NCBI GenBank assembly: GCA_027315165.1
Contig: DAHUYN010000007.1
Span: 10,260 to 74,259 of the forward strand
DNA: 64,000 bases
Reading direction: 5' to 3'
DNA from: Thermoplasmata archaeon
Lineage (GTDB): Archaea; Thermoplasmatota; Thermoplasmata; Lutacidiplasmatales; UBA184
Of the stretch, positions 43,071 to 52,463 are shown piece after piece. The notes under the pieces were generated by a model that did not search any database, had not been told where the DNA came from, and saw only the letters and a program-made list of their open reading frames with translations. Positions within the stretch are counted from its first letter, which is position 1. Each line of letters begins with the position of its first letter. Position numbers and translations under genes: made by a program.

Positions 43071-44102
43071 GTGGGGCTGCCGTTCCGGGACCTCGTCCGG
43101 CCGCAGGAGCTCACCTGGGAGGCTCTCTCAGGGCGTACCCTCGCCGTCGACGGCTACAACGCGATCTACCAGTTCCTCGCGACGATCCGTCAGGCCGACG
43201 GCCGGCCGTTCTCCGACGCGAACGGCCAGGTCACGAGCCACCTGATGGGCGTCCTCTACCGGACGACCTCGCTCCTCTCGAGCGGGGTCCGCCCGGTCTG
43301 GGTGTTCGACGGCAAGCCGCCCGAGCTCAAGTCGGCGACGCTGCGCGCGCGCTTCCAGGCCAAGCAACGGGCCGAGGCCGCGTGGGAGGAGGCGCTCTCC
43401 CGTGGAGACCTCGAGACGGCCCGCAAGAAGGCCGCGATGACCTCCCGCCTCACGCGCCCGATGGCCGAGGAGGCGAAGGCGCTCCTCGGCGCCCTCGGCG
43501 TTCCCTCGGTCCAGGCCCCGTCGGAGGGCGAGGCGCAGGCGGCCCACATGGCGGCCCGCGGCCTCGTCTGGGCGACGGCGAGCGAGGACTACGACGTCCT
43601 CCTCTTCGGCGCGCCGAGGCTCGTGCGGGGGCTCGCGGCTCGCGGCCAGCGGGGCCAGTCCCCGGGCGCCCAGGTGATCGACCGCGACGCGCTCCTCCGG
43701 GAGCTCGGGATCGATGGCGAGGAGCTGATCCTCGTCGGACTCCTCGTCGGCACCGACTTCAACGAGGGGGCTCGAGGCTACGGTCCGAAGCGGGCCCTCA
43801 AGCTCGCGCAAGAGCACCTCGGCTGGGAGCCGTCCCTCCGCAAGGCCGGCCTCGTTCCGGCCGAGGTCGCACCGGTCGCCGACCTGTTCCGCCACCCCGA
43901 GGTCGCCGAGGTCGAGCTCCCGACGTTCCGACCCGCCAACGAGGCGCTCGTGCGGCGGCTCCTCGTCGACGGCCACGGGTTCGCCGAGGAGCGGGTCCGC
44001 GGGGCCCTCCGCCGGGCCGAGCGCGCTCCGGCGGAGGCGCCGGCGAACGCGCCCCGAGGCCACCAGGCGCTCCTCGACGCCTTCGCGGAGGGAGACCCAT
44101 GA
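43071..44102 (+). CDS. fen: flap endonuclease 1
   Basis: GTG start inside ORF 42384..44102. The N-terminal LAVDGYNAIYQFLATIRQ is diagnostic of archaeal/eukaryal FEN-1, followed by the XPG-I region and a helix-hairpin-helix. Confidence 0.9.
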   Translation: MGLPFRDLVRPQELTWEALSGRTLAVDGYNAIYQFLATIRQADGRPFSDANGQVTSHLMGVLYRTTSLLSSGVRPVWVFDGKPPELKSATLRARFQAKQRAEAAWEEALSRGDLETARKKAAMTSRLTRPMAEEAKALLGALGVPSVQAPSEGEAQAAHMAARGLVWATASEDYDVLLFGAPRLVRGLAARGQRGQSPGAQVIDRDALLRELGIDGEELILVGLLVGTDFNEGARGYGPKRALKLAQEHLGWEPSLRKAGLVPAEVAPVADLFRHPEVAEVELPTFRPANEALVRRLLVDGHGFAEERVRGALRRAERAPAEAPANAPRGHQALLDAFAEGDP

Positions 44103-45598
44103 AACGGTTCGAGTCGGTGCCGAATTTCTCCGAGGGACGCGACCCGGCGAAGGTCGAGGCGATCGCCAACGAGGCGCGCGGCGTCGCCGGCGTGACCGTG
44201 CTCGACGTCGAGAGCAACGCCGACCACAACCGCTCGGTGATCTCGCTCGTCGGCGAGGGCCCCGCGCTCGTCGAGGCGACGCTCCGGATGGTCCGGAAGG
44301 CCGTCGCAACGATCGACCTCACCCAGCACAAGGGCGAGCATCCCCGGATGGGGGCGGTCGACGTCATCCCGTTCGTGCCCCTCGGGGACGCGACGCTCGA
44401 GGAGGCGGTGCGGCTCTCGGAAAGCCTCGCCGAGCGGGTCTGGAAGGAGGTCGGGCTCCCGGTCTACCTCTACGGGGCGGCCGCCCGGCGTCCCGAGCGC
44501 AGCGACCTCGCCGTCGTCCGCAAGGGCCAGTTCGAGGGGATCCGCGACACGATCGCCTCCGACAAGGCCCGGGCGCCCGACTACGGCGAGCCGCGCGTGC
44601 ACCCGACGGCCGGCATCGTCGCGATCGGCGCGCGTCCCGTCCTCATCGCCTACAACGCCTACCTGTCGACCCCGGACGTCGCGATCGCCAAGCGGATCGC
44701 GCACGCCGTGAGGGGGCGCGACGGCGGTCTCGTCGAGGTCAAGGCCCTCGGCTTCGAGATCCTCGAGCGGCATCGGGCGCAGGTCTCGATGAACCTCACC
44801 GACTACCGTCGGACCCCCGTCCACCGCGCCCTCGAGGCGGTCCGCCGGGAAGCGGAGCGGTTCGGGGTCCTCGTCGAGGAGTCGGAGGTCGTCGGGCTCA
44901 TCCCCGAGGACGCCCTCTTCGACGCCGCCGAGCACTACCTGCAGCTCCACGGGTTCGACCGGGCCCAGGTCCTCGAGAGAAAGCTTCGCGCCGCCGCCGC
45001 CGGGCCCCTCGGGCCGGAGGCCGCGACGCTCGCCTCGACGAGCCTCGAAGCGTTCGCCGGCCGCCTCGCGGCCCGCACCCCGACGCCCGGCGGCGGGAGC
45101 GCCGCCGCGGCCGCCGGGGCGTTCGGCGCCGCTCTCGGCGAGATGGTCTTGGCCTACTCCGCCCCCGCGACGGGCCCGGACGCCGAGCTCGCCAGCGGCT
45201 CGGCCGAGCTGGCGCGGCTGCGCTCGGCGCTCCTTGGGGCCGTCGACGAGGACAGCGCCTCCTTCGAGGCGGTCCGGGCGGCCCGCCGACGTCGCAAGGA
45301 GGCTCCCGACGACCCCGAGGCCGCGCGCTCGTGGAAGGCGGCGCTGCGTCGGTCGGCCGAGGTCCCGCTCGAGACCGCGCAGGCGGCCGTGTCGGCGCGC
45401 GACCTCCTCGAGCGTCTGGCGGGCCGCGTCAAGCCGACGATCGCGAGCGACCTCAGCACGGCCCTCGCGCTCCTCGAGGCCGCGCGGACCGGCGCCCTCG
45501 CCAATGTCCGCATCAACCTCGAGGAGATCGACCGCGCGGGCGAGCCGGCGAGCGACCTCCACGCCGCCGTCGGGCGGCTGTCGTCGCGCCCGAGGTGA
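44099..45598 (+). CDS. ftcD: bifunctional glutamate formimidoyltransferase / formimidoyl-THF cyclodeaminase (FtcD-like)
   Basis: 499 aa, with the ATG overlapping the fen stop (ATGA). The N-terminus MKRFESVPNFSEGRD is the formiminotransferase domain. The C-terminus TPTPGGGSAAAAAGAFGAALGEMV is the cyclodeaminase domain. Confidence 0.8.
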   Translation: MKRFESVPNFSEGRDPAKVEAIANEARGVAGVTVLDVESNADHNRSVISLVGEGPALVEATLRMVRKAVATIDLTQHKGEHPRMGAVDVIPFVPLGDATLEEAVRLSESLAERVWKEVGLPVYLYGAAARRPERSDLAVVRKGQFEGIRDTIASDKARAPDYGEPRVHPTAGIVAIGARPVLIAYNAYLSTPDVAIAKRIAHAVRGRDGGLVEVKALGFEILERHRAQVSMNLTDYRRTPVHRALEAVRREAERFGVLVEESEVVGLIPEDALFDAAEHYLQLHGFDRAQVLERKLRAAAAGPLGPEAATLASTSLEAFAGRLAARTPTPGGGSAAAAAGAFGAALGEMVLAYSAPATGPDAELASGSAELARLRSALLGAVDEDSASFEAVRAARRRRKEAPDDPEAARSWKAALRRSAEVPLETAQAAVSARDLLERLAGRVKPTIASDLSTALALLEAARTGALANVRINLEEIDRAGEPASDLHAAVGRLSSRPR

Positions 45599-45610
45599 TC
45601 CGGCGGAGCC

Positions 45611-46321
45611 GTGAGCGCACGCGAGGGGTCCCGGCCCTACGTTCACCTCAACTGCGCCGTCTCCGCCGACGGACGGTTGGCCTACGCGCACGGCCGACGG
45701 GCGCTCCTCTCCGGCCCGGAGGACCTTCGACGCGTGCAGGAGCTTCGGAGCCAGCTCGACGCGATCCTCGTCGGGATCGGTACGGTGCTCGCCGACGACC
45801 CCTCGCTCCGGGTGCACTGGGAGCTGCTCGACCGGCCGCGGGGCCACGAGCCCCTGCGCGTCGTGCTCGACTCGACCGGTCGGACGCCGACGACGGCCCG
45901 CGTCCTCGGCCCGCCGGGCGCGACCCTCGTCGCGACGGCCGCGCGCTGCCCCCGCACGTTCCCGACGCCCGTCGAGGTCTTTCGCGCGGGCGAGGACGAG
46001 GTCGACCTGCCTTCGCTCCTCGCCGAGCTCGCGCGCCGGGGGATCGCCTCGCTCCTCGTCGAGGGCGGCGCGCGGGTCCTGGCCGCGTTCCTGCGGGCGG
46101 GGCTCTACGACGTCCTCACCGTCTACACCGCGCCCGTCGTGATCGGCGGCACGACGGCGCCGCCGATGGTCAGCGGCGTCGAGACGACCGGGGCGGGCGA
46201 GGCCGTCGCGCTCTCGCTCGAGGAGGCCCGACCGCTCGGGGCCGGAGTGCTCCTCCGATACGTTCGTGGGATCGAGCCCGACACGGGCCGGGCGCCCGGC
46301 CGCCGCTCACTACCCTTATAG
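45611..46321 (+). CDS. RibD C-terminal-domain reductase (2,5-diamino-6-ribosylamino-pyrimidinone 5'-phosphate reductase-like)
   Basis: 236 aa of DHFR-like RibD_C fold (YVHLNCAVSADGRLA, GIGTVLADDPSL, LLVEGGARV). Confidence 0.75.
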   Translation: MSAREGSRPYVHLNCAVSADGRLAYAHGRRALLSGPEDLRRVQELRSQLDAILVGIGTVLADDPSLRVHWELLDRPRGHEPLRVVLDSTGRTPTTARVLGPPGATLVATAARCPRTFPTPVEVFRAGEDEVDLPSLLAELARRGIASLLVEGGARVLAAFLRAGLYDVLTVYTAPVVIGGTTAPPMVSGVETTGAGEAVALSLEEARPLGAGVLLRYVRGIEPDTGRAPGRRSLPL

Positions 46322-46352
46322 CGAGGGGCCCCTCACCGCCCCCGAGGGAGCC

Positions 46353-47318
46353 ATGAAGCTCGTGCACTTCGTCGTCGCCGACCAGTTCCACTTCGGGATG
46401 GTCACCGACGCCAACGAGTACATCGACCTCGACACGGCCTGCCGCGACTACCTCGGGGTCAACCCGGTCAAGGGGGCCGACCCCAGCCGGTTCCGCGACA
46501 TGCGCGCGTTCTTTGCGGGCGGCACCGACTCCGTCGAGCTCACGCGCAAGATCCTCGAGTACATCGACCGGCGCCGCAAGGCCGGCTGGACGCCGAGGGC
46601 CGCGACCGGGGCCCGCTTCCTCTTCAAACCCGAGGAGGCGATCCGCCTCCAGGCCCCCGTCCTCAACGGGGCCAAGATCTACTGCCTCGCGCAGAACTCC
46701 CGGAGCCACCTCGCCGAGCAGGGGAAGCCGCTCCCGGCGCGCCCGTACCTCTTCACGAGGTTCTTCAACAGCCTCGTCGGCCCCTCGGAGCCGCTCCTCC
46801 TCCACGCCGTCGGGACGTTCCCGGACGTCGAGCTCGAGCTCGCGGCCGTCATCGGCAAGCGTGGCAAGCACATCGCGGCCGCCGACGCCTACCAGCACGT
46901 GGCCGGCTACACGATCGCGCTCGACATGGGCTACCGCGATTTGCAGTACCCGCCCGGCGCGACGACGACCGACTGGGTGATGGGCAAGGGGTTCGACTCG
47001 ACGATGGCCGTCGGCCCGTGGGTGGTCCCGAAGGAGGAGGTCGGCGACCCGTACCCCCTCAAGATGGAGCTCACGGTCGGCGGCGAGCGTCGGCAGGCGG
47101 GCGACACGACCGACTACGTGTTCCGGCTCCCCGAGATCATCGCGCACCTCTCCCAAGGGATCACGCTCGAACCGGGCGACGTCCTGTCGCTCGGGACGTT
47201 GGGCGGCCTCCCCGGCTTCGAGTTCGGGAAGGAGAGCCGCAAGCTGAAGGCCGGCGACGTCATCGAGGGCTCGATCGAGCGGATCGGCGGGATCAAGATC
47301 CCGGTGCGGGCGGAATAA
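46353..47318 (+). CDS. fumarylacetoacetate hydrolase (FAH) family protein
   Basis: Real start MKLVHFVV inside ORF 46266..47318. The FAH-fold metal-binding region is ELELAAVIGKRG...GYTIALDMGYRDLQ. Confidence 0.8.
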   Translation: MKLVHFVVADQFHFGMVTDANEYIDLDTACRDYLGVNPVKGADPSRFRDMRAFFAGGTDSVELTRKILEYIDRRRKAGWTPRAATGARFLFKPEEAIRLQAPVLNGAKIYCLAQNSRSHLAEQGKPLPARPYLFTRFFNSLVGPSEPLLLHAVGTFPDVELELAAVIGKRGKHIAAADAYQHVAGYTIALDMGYRDLQYPPGATTTDWVMGKGFDSTMAVGPWVVPKEEVGDPYPLKMELTVGGERRQAGDTTDYVFRLPEIIAHLSQGITLEPGDVLSLGTLGGLPGFEFGKESRKLKAGDVIEGSIERIGGIKIPVRAE

Positions 47319-48561
47319 CGGCCTCGCCGCGCAGGACGAGGAACAGCCCGAGCGGCGTCGGCACTGTCCGACGGTCGCCGGGGCCGCCAACGACCTCGGC
47401 GCCGCCGAGGCGCGCCTCGACGCGGTCCGCGAGCTCGACGACGACGCGGTCCCCCGCGCCCGACGGGAGCACCGCGTCGACGAGAGGGTCGAAGGCGTCG
47501 AGCGCCGCGCGGTCGAGCGACACGACGCGGAGGCCGCTCCCGCCGTGGAGCGAGCCCGGGAGCCGGATCAGACGGTGGATGTCCGTCGTCACGGGCGCGT
47601 CGGTCTCCCCCTGGACGGTGACGGCCGCGCGCGTGAAGACGACCTGGACGAGCTCTTTCGGGACCTCGCCACGGAACACCTCGAGCGAGAGCGACGCCCG
47701 GATCCTCTCGGCGTGGCCGTGGGAGAGGAGCGCGCGCGCGAGGCGCCGGGCCGAGTCGGCCGGGATCCCCGAGGCGACCATCTCGGCGACCGCGGGCTTT
47801 GGGCCCTCCCGCTCCCATCGCTCGAGCAGCGCCAGGACCGCACGGGTCGTCCGCCCCCGCCAGCCGGGCGCGTCCGGGGGCGGGAGGCGCTTGTACGAGG
47901 GCGAGCTCCGCCGGCGGACGGGGGCCTCCTCCGACTCGCCTCCGCCGACGAGGACGACCGGCGCGCTCGCGTCCTCGCGCCGCTGCTCGACCACCTGCGT
48001 CGCGTCGAAGCCGACGCCCATCACGTACTCGACGAGCTCGCGGCGCTCGGGGCTCGTGAGCGAGAGGAAGCGCCCGTCCCGGACATGGACGTGGTAGCCC
48101 CGGCCCCCGGAGAAGACGAGGCGCGTCTCCTCGGGAGGGATCCCGAAGTCGCCGTAGAGGAAGTCGTCGAGCAGCGCGGCGACGCGCTCCTTGACGAGGG
48201 CGAGCTGCTCGGCGTAGCGGAGCCCCCCGGCCCCTCGCAGGTGGTCGGCGTCGAGGTCGAAGATCAGGTCGGCGCCGAGCCACTCCTTCGCCGCCATCTG
48301 AGGGTGGTCCGGGACGCGGTAGTACGCCGAGGAGTAGTAGACGTGCCGCGGAACCTCCCGCTCGAGGTAGTGGTGGAACTCCTCGGAGGTGCGGAAGCTC
48401 GCGTGCCGGCGCATCAGCGTCTCCGTCGCGAACGGGAACGCCGCGAACTCCCGTCGCGCGAAGCGCTCGGGCGGCTCGACGACCGTCGAGCGGTAGTACC
48501 GCGCGAACTCGGCCCTCGCGAACGCGAGCGAGGGGCCGTCGAGCTGGGCGATCTTCCCCAA
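47293..48561 (-). CDS. priS: DNA primase small (catalytic) subunit PriS
   Basis: 422 aa with the Prim-Pol catalytic motifs DLIFDLDADHL and SGGRGYHVHV. Confidence 0.85.
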   Translation of the reverse strand: MGKIAQLDGPSLAFARAEFARYYRSTVVEPPERFARREFAAFPFATETLMRRHASFRTSEEFHHYLEREVPRHVYYSSAYYRVPDHPQMAAKEWLGADLIFDLDADHLRGAGGLRYAEQLALVKERVAALLDDFLYGDFGIPPEETRLVFSGGRGYHVHVRDGRFLSLTSPERRELVEYVMGVGFDATQVVEQRREDASAPVVLVGGGESEEAPVRRRSSPSYKRLPPPDAPGWRGRTTRAVLALLERWEREGPKPAVAEMVASGIPADSARRLARALLSHGHAERIRASLSLEVFRGEVPKELVQVVFTRAAVTVQGETDAPVTTDIHRLIRLPGSLHGGSGLRVVSLDRAALDAFDPLVDAVLPSGAGDRVVVELADRVEARLGGAEVVGGPGDRRTVPTPLGLFLVLRGEAVIPPAPGS

Positions 48562-48563
48562 GG

Positions 48564-49148
48564 CTACTCCGCGGGGTCGCTCCCCTCCGCCTCGAGCGGC
48601 GAGGCGAGCGCGTCGGCCTGCGCCTGGTTGCGCTTGAGGCGCGCCAGGAGGTGGAAGACGGCGGAGTGCTCGCTCCCGCGAAGGAGGAGCTCGATCGCGC
48701 GCGTCGCCCGCTCGAGCTGCTTGTCGTCGCCGATCACCGCGACGCTGCTCCCGAAGACGCTCACCGAGGCGCCGGAGAGCTCCTCGATCCGGCTTCGAGC
48801 CCGGCCGCGGACCCCGATGAGCCTCGAGCGGATCCGCCAGAGGCCGGCCTTCTCTCGCTTGCCGGTGACGCGCTTGATGTCGATGATCCCCAGGTAGGTT
48901 CCCTCGCGGAGGAGGCGCGCCGCCCGCTCTGGAGAGAACCCGCGACCGATCGCCAGGACCATGTCGCGGGCCCGGAGCGCCCCGTCCGGGTCCCCCTCGT
49001 CGAGGGAGCGGACCTGGACCTCCCCGTCCTCCGGGGCGATGCGGACCTCGGTCCGGGTCTCCCTCTCGATCGAGCGCTTCGTGGACCCGCCGGGGCCGAT
49101 CACGGCGCCGAGACGCTCCTCGGGGATCCGCACGTAGAGGACCGGCAT
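48564..49148 (-). CDS. KH-domain RNA-binding protein (two type I KH domains, Dim2/Pno1-like)
   Basis: 194-aa tail of ORF 48564..50006, with the ATG overlapping the rio1 stop. It has GAVIGPGGSTKRSIE and GRVIGVRG-type GXXG loops. Confidence 0.7.
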   Translation of the reverse strand: MPVLYVRIPEERLGAVIGPGGSTKRSIERETRTEVRIAPEDGEVQVRSLDEGDPDGALRARDMVLAIGRGFSPERAARLLREGTYLGIIDIKRVTGKREKAGLWRIRSRLIGVRGRARSRIEELSGASVSVFGSSVAVIGDDKQLERATRAIELLLRGSEHSAVFHLLARLKRNQAQADALASPLEAEGSDPAE

Positions 49149-49930
49149 CAGGCCTCCTGCGGGCCCACGGAGGGCCCGCCGATGGCCTCGAAGAGCTCTT
49201 CGGACGTCACCTCGACCCCGAGGCGGCGGAAGTACCGCGCAAAGTTCGTCACGTCCCGCTCGAGCAACCCCCGCGCCGCGGGATGGGTCGCCTCGACGGC
49301 CTGCGCGACGTCGATGAGGATCGGCCGGTCCTCGAGGAGCAGGACGTTGTAGGGGGAGAGGTCGCCGTGGACGAGCCGGGCCTCCACCGTCATCCGTTTC
49401 AGCTCGAGGACGAGCTCGTCGTAGAAGGCATCGGGGTCGGCGACGACCGCTTCCTGCAGGAGCGGGGCGGCGAGCCCCCCGGCCCCGATGAACTCCATCA
49501 CGAGGACGTTGCGGAGGTAGCCGTACGGCTCGGGGACCCGCACCCCCGCGGCCCGCAGCCGGCGCAGGATCGTGTGCTCGCGGCGCGTCCAGCCGTAGAT
49601 CAGCCGCCGGAAGTTCCCCTCGCTCGCCTCCCGTCGGAGCTCCTCGAGCGCGTGCAGGGGAATGCGGCGGAACACCGCGTTGCCGACGCGATAGATCTTC
49701 ACGGCGCGGAACCCGTCGCCCGCCGTCGCCCGGAAGACGCCTCCCTCCTTGCCGGTCGAGATCGGGTAGTCGATCGCCTCGAACTGGCCCTGGGTCACGA
49801 GGCGCGAGACCGTGAGGAGCGTCGGATGGTCGAAGAACTCGTCGAGCAGCTTGCGCGACGCGTCCTCGCGGCGGCGGTCCTCGAACCGCTCCTTGCGGCG
49901 AGGGAAGAGGAGCTCGGCGGGGTGGGGCAT
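49148..49930 (-). CDS. rio1: RIO-type serine/threonine protein kinase (Rio1)
   Basis: 260-aa C-terminal part of ORF 49148..50842. Kinase catalytic loop LVHGDLSPYNVL and metal-binding IDVAQAV. The N-terminal extension of the ORF is rejected. Confidence 0.85.
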   Translation of the reverse strand: MPHPAELLFPRRKERFEDRRREDASRKLLDEFFDHPTLLTVSRLVTQGQFEAIDYPISTGKEGGVFRATAGDGFRAVKIYRVGNAVFRRIPLHALEELRREASEGNFRRLIYGWTRREHTILRRLRAAGVRVPEPYGYLRNVLVMEFIGAGGLAAPLLQEAVVADPDAFYDELVLELKRMTVEARLVHGDLSPYNVLLLEDRPILIDVAQAVEATHPAARGLLERDVTNFARYFRRLGVEVTSEELFEAIGGPSVGPQEA

Positions 49931-50050
49931 CGGCGCGGTAGCGCGGCCCGGGGCCTTTAGGTCGCCGGTCCTCGCGGGGCCGAGGGGAGGGGCCCGGTGG
50001 CGCCAACGTAACCGCGAGTATATCCGCCCGCGGACCGCTCTCCGGGGACG

Positions 50051-50623
50051 ATGCGGCTCCCCCTCTCGGTCGACGCGCCCGGTACGGCCGCGAAGCGCCC
50101 CACCCTCCGCGAGGCGCCCGCGACGTCGCCGCCCCCGTTCCCGCCCGGCCGGCGCCTCGAGGCCCCCGCCGACTACGACCGGGTCTTCTCCGTCGTGCGG
50201 GCCGCCGTGCGACAGGCCCTCGGGATCGAGCGACCCGGCCTCGGGCTGGCCCTCTCGGACCTGCCGCCCGGGCTCGGCGCCTACTGGCAGGTGACGGGGA
50301 ACATCATCGTCATGAACGAGGGGCTCGTTCGCACGATGGCGACGCACGCGAGGTCGTCGCTCGAGTTCAACTCGTTCGTCTTCGTCATCCTCGCCCACGA
50401 GTACCTCCACGCCCTGGGCTATCTCGACGAGGCGGAGGTCCGCCGCGTCACGGCCCTCGTCACGCGCACGGTCCTCGGCGCGGACCATCCCGCGACGACG
50501 ATGGCCGAGGGGGACCTCTGGCGGATGTTCCCGTTCCTGGCCTACGCGCCCCCGGGCACGGGCCGTCGCTTCACCCTCGTCCGCGGCTTCGACCGCGCGT
50601 CGACGGACACCTACATCCGGTAG
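50051..50623 (+). CDS. hypothetical protein with an HEXXH zinc-metallopeptidase-like motif
   Basis: 190 aa with FVFVILAHEYLHALGY preceded by GNIIVMNEGLV (SprT/Wss1-like arrangement). No TM. It lies upstream of the nfeD-stomatin pair. Confidence 0.4.
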   Translation: MRLPLSVDAPGTAAKRPTLREAPATSPPPFPPGRRLEAPADYDRVFSVVRAAVRQALGIERPGLGLALSDLPPGLGAYWQVTGNIIVMNEGLVRTMATHARSSLEFNSFVFVILAHEYLHALGYLDEAEVRRVTALVTRTVLGADHPATTMAEGDLWRMFPFLAYAPPGTGRRFTLVRGFDRASTDTYIR

Positions 50624-50684
50624 TCCCGGCCCGTCGGGACCCGGACGAAACCTTATCAGACGGCAGCGGGTCTGCCGCGCACGC

Positions 50685-51146
50685 ATGGTCCTGCTCATCG
50701 GCGTGGCCTTGGTCGTCGCGGGCGCCTTCCTGTTCTCCATCGAGCTGATCCATCCCGGCGCTCTCCTGCTCATCCCCGGCAGCGTCCTGCTCGTCGCGGG
50801 GTCGATCGCCCTCCTGTTCGACGAGTCGGTGATCCTGACCATCCCCGGGCTCCTCGCGATCGTGGTCGGCGTCCTGCTCGCGACCTACGTGCAGATCCAG
50901 TACTACCTCCGCGTCGCCCCGACGCACCGGCCGATGTCGACGACGGCCCGCGGCCTCGCGGGCGCCGAAGGCATCGTCATCGCGCCGGTCGTCCCCGACA
51001 CGCTCTCGGGGAAGGTCCGGCTCGGCTCGGAGGTCTGGTCGGCCCGCTCGAACCGGGCGATCGCCGCCGGGACCCGGGTCCGGGTCGTGACCGGCGAGGG
51101 CGTCGCGGTCACGGTCCTGCCCGTCGAGGAATCGACGGCCGGCTGA
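50685..51146 (+). CDS. NfeD-family membrane protein (short form, stomatin operon partner)
   Basis: 153 aa with N-terminal TM helices and a C-terminal OB-fold-like beta region (GKVRLGSEVWSARS...RVRVVTGEGVAV). Confidence 0.7.
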   Translation: MVLLIGVALVVAGAFLFSIELIHPGALLLIPGSVLLVAGSIALLFDESVILTIPGLLAIVVGVLLATYVQIQYYLRVAPTHRPMSTTARGLAGAEGIVIAPVVPDTLSGKVRLGSEVWSARSNRAIAAGTRVRVVTGEGVAVTVLPVEESTAG

Positions 51147-51158
51147 GGGGAGGAAACG

Positions 51159-52427
51159 ATGGACCCGACGGAGCTCGCGCTCCTGATCATCCTGCTTCTC
51201 GTCATCGCGCTCGTCGTCGCGACGCGCGGCATCTGGACGGTCCAGCCGTACCAGCAGGGGCTCGTCACGCTGCTCGGCTCCTACAAGCGGATGATCGACC
51301 CGGGGGCCCACTGGATCAACCCGATCGCCCGCGTGCAGAAGATCGACCTCCGAACGCAGGTCCTCGAGATCCCGCGGCAGGAGGTCATCACGAAGGACAA
51401 CTCGCCGACCAACGTCGACGCGATCATCTACATCAAGGTCGTCGACGCCCCCCGCGCGATCTTCCAGGTCCAGGACTACCACATCGCGACCGTCGCGTTG
51501 GCCCAGACGACCCTTCGGTCGATCATCGGGGACATGGAGCTCGACGAGATCCTCTACAACCGCGAGCGGATCAACACGAGGCTCCGCGACATCCTCGACG
51601 AGGCGACGGACCGCTGGGGCGTCCGCGTCGAGGCCGTCGAGATCAAGGAGGTCGACCCGGTCGGCCCCGTCAAGTCCGCGATGGAGGAGCAGACCGCCGC
51701 CGAACGCCAGCGACGGGCCGCGGTCCTTCGCGCGGACGGGGAGAAGCGCTCCGCGATCCTCGTGGCCGAGGGGCAGAAGCGCTCCCGCATCCTCGCCGCC
51801 GAAGGGGTCCGGCAGTCGAAGATCCTCGAGGCCGAGGGCGGCCGGGTGGCGACGATCCTCGAGGCGCAGGGGGAGTCGCAGCGGCTGCGGATCCTCTCCC
51901 TCGGGGCCGGCACGCTCGACGCGAAGTCGCTCACGGTCCTCTCGCTCGACACGGTCGCCAAGATCGGTGACGGCCAGGCCACGAAGATCCTGTTCCCGCT
52001 CGAGTTCACGCGGCTCGTCGAGGGTGCCTCGGAGTACCTGGGCACCGCTCGGACGGTGCCCGACCGGTCCCTCTCGAACCTGGACGAGCTCCAGCGCGTG
52101 GTCGGCTCGATCGACGACGTCTTGGGCCCGATCCCTCGCCAGCAGGAGCTGATGTCGGAGATCAAGTCGATCGAGGACGAGATCAAGGCCGAGTCGGACG
52201 AGTCGACGGCGATGGTCGCACCCGGGAGCCACGCCGGGAAGGAGTCCGCCGGCCTCTTCGCTCCGCCCGCGGAGCTCGCCCAGCCGGCCGTCGCGCCTCC
52301 GACGGCGCCGGCGACGGGGACCGAGACCGCTCGGCCCGCGCCGTCGGGGACGCCTTCGACGCTGCCCGCGGCGTCGGCGCCGATCTTCGCGCCGGACCCG
52401 AAGCGCCGCGCGCCGCCGCCGCCCTGA
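51159..52427 (+). CDS. stomatin/prohibitin-family (SPFH, band 7) membrane protein
   Basis: 422 aa with an N-terminal TM, the SPFH domain (VQPYQQGLVTLLGSYKRMIDPGAHWINP...TKDNSPTNVDAIIYIKVVD), and a coiled-coil plus Ala/Pro-rich tail. Confidence 0.85.
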   Translation: MDPTELALLIILLLVIALVVATRGIWTVQPYQQGLVTLLGSYKRMIDPGAHWINPIARVQKIDLRTQVLEIPRQEVITKDNSPTNVDAIIYIKVVDAPRAIFQVQDYHIATVALAQTTLRSIIGDMELDEILYNRERINTRLRDILDEATDRWGVRVEAVEIKEVDPVGPVKSAMEEQTAAERQRRAAVLRADGEKRSAILVAEGQKRSRILAAEGVRQSKILEAEGGRVATILEAQGESQRLRILSLGAGTLDAKSLTVLSLDTVAKIGDGQATKILFPLEFTRLVEGASEYLGTARTVPDRSLSNLDELQRVVGSIDDVLGPIPRQQELMSEIKSIEDEIKAESDESTAMVAPGSHAGKESAGLFAPPAELAQPAVAPPTAPATGTETARPAPSGTPSTLPAASAPIFAPDPKRRAPPPP

Positions 52428-52463
52428 CGGGCCGGGCCCGCTGCGGTCGGCCCGAGGGCTCGC

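Noticed and set aside
43128-45847. ORFs 43128..44309 (minus), 43382..44098 (N-terminal part of the ftcD frame) and 43778..45847 (minus)
   Set aside because: These overlap fen and ftcD with low-complexity translations. FEN-1 and the FtcD N-terminus (MKRFESVPNFSEGRD) define the true frames and starts.
49931-50842. N-terminal 300 codons of ORF 49148..50842 upstream of the RIO kinase domain
   Set aside because: Arg/Gly/Pro-rich with no kinase N-lobe features. The real Rio1 start (MPHPAELLF) gives a normal 260-aa RIO kinase. The same logic rejects the N-terminal 700 codons of ORF 56380..59544 and the N-terminal 285 codons of 48564..50006.
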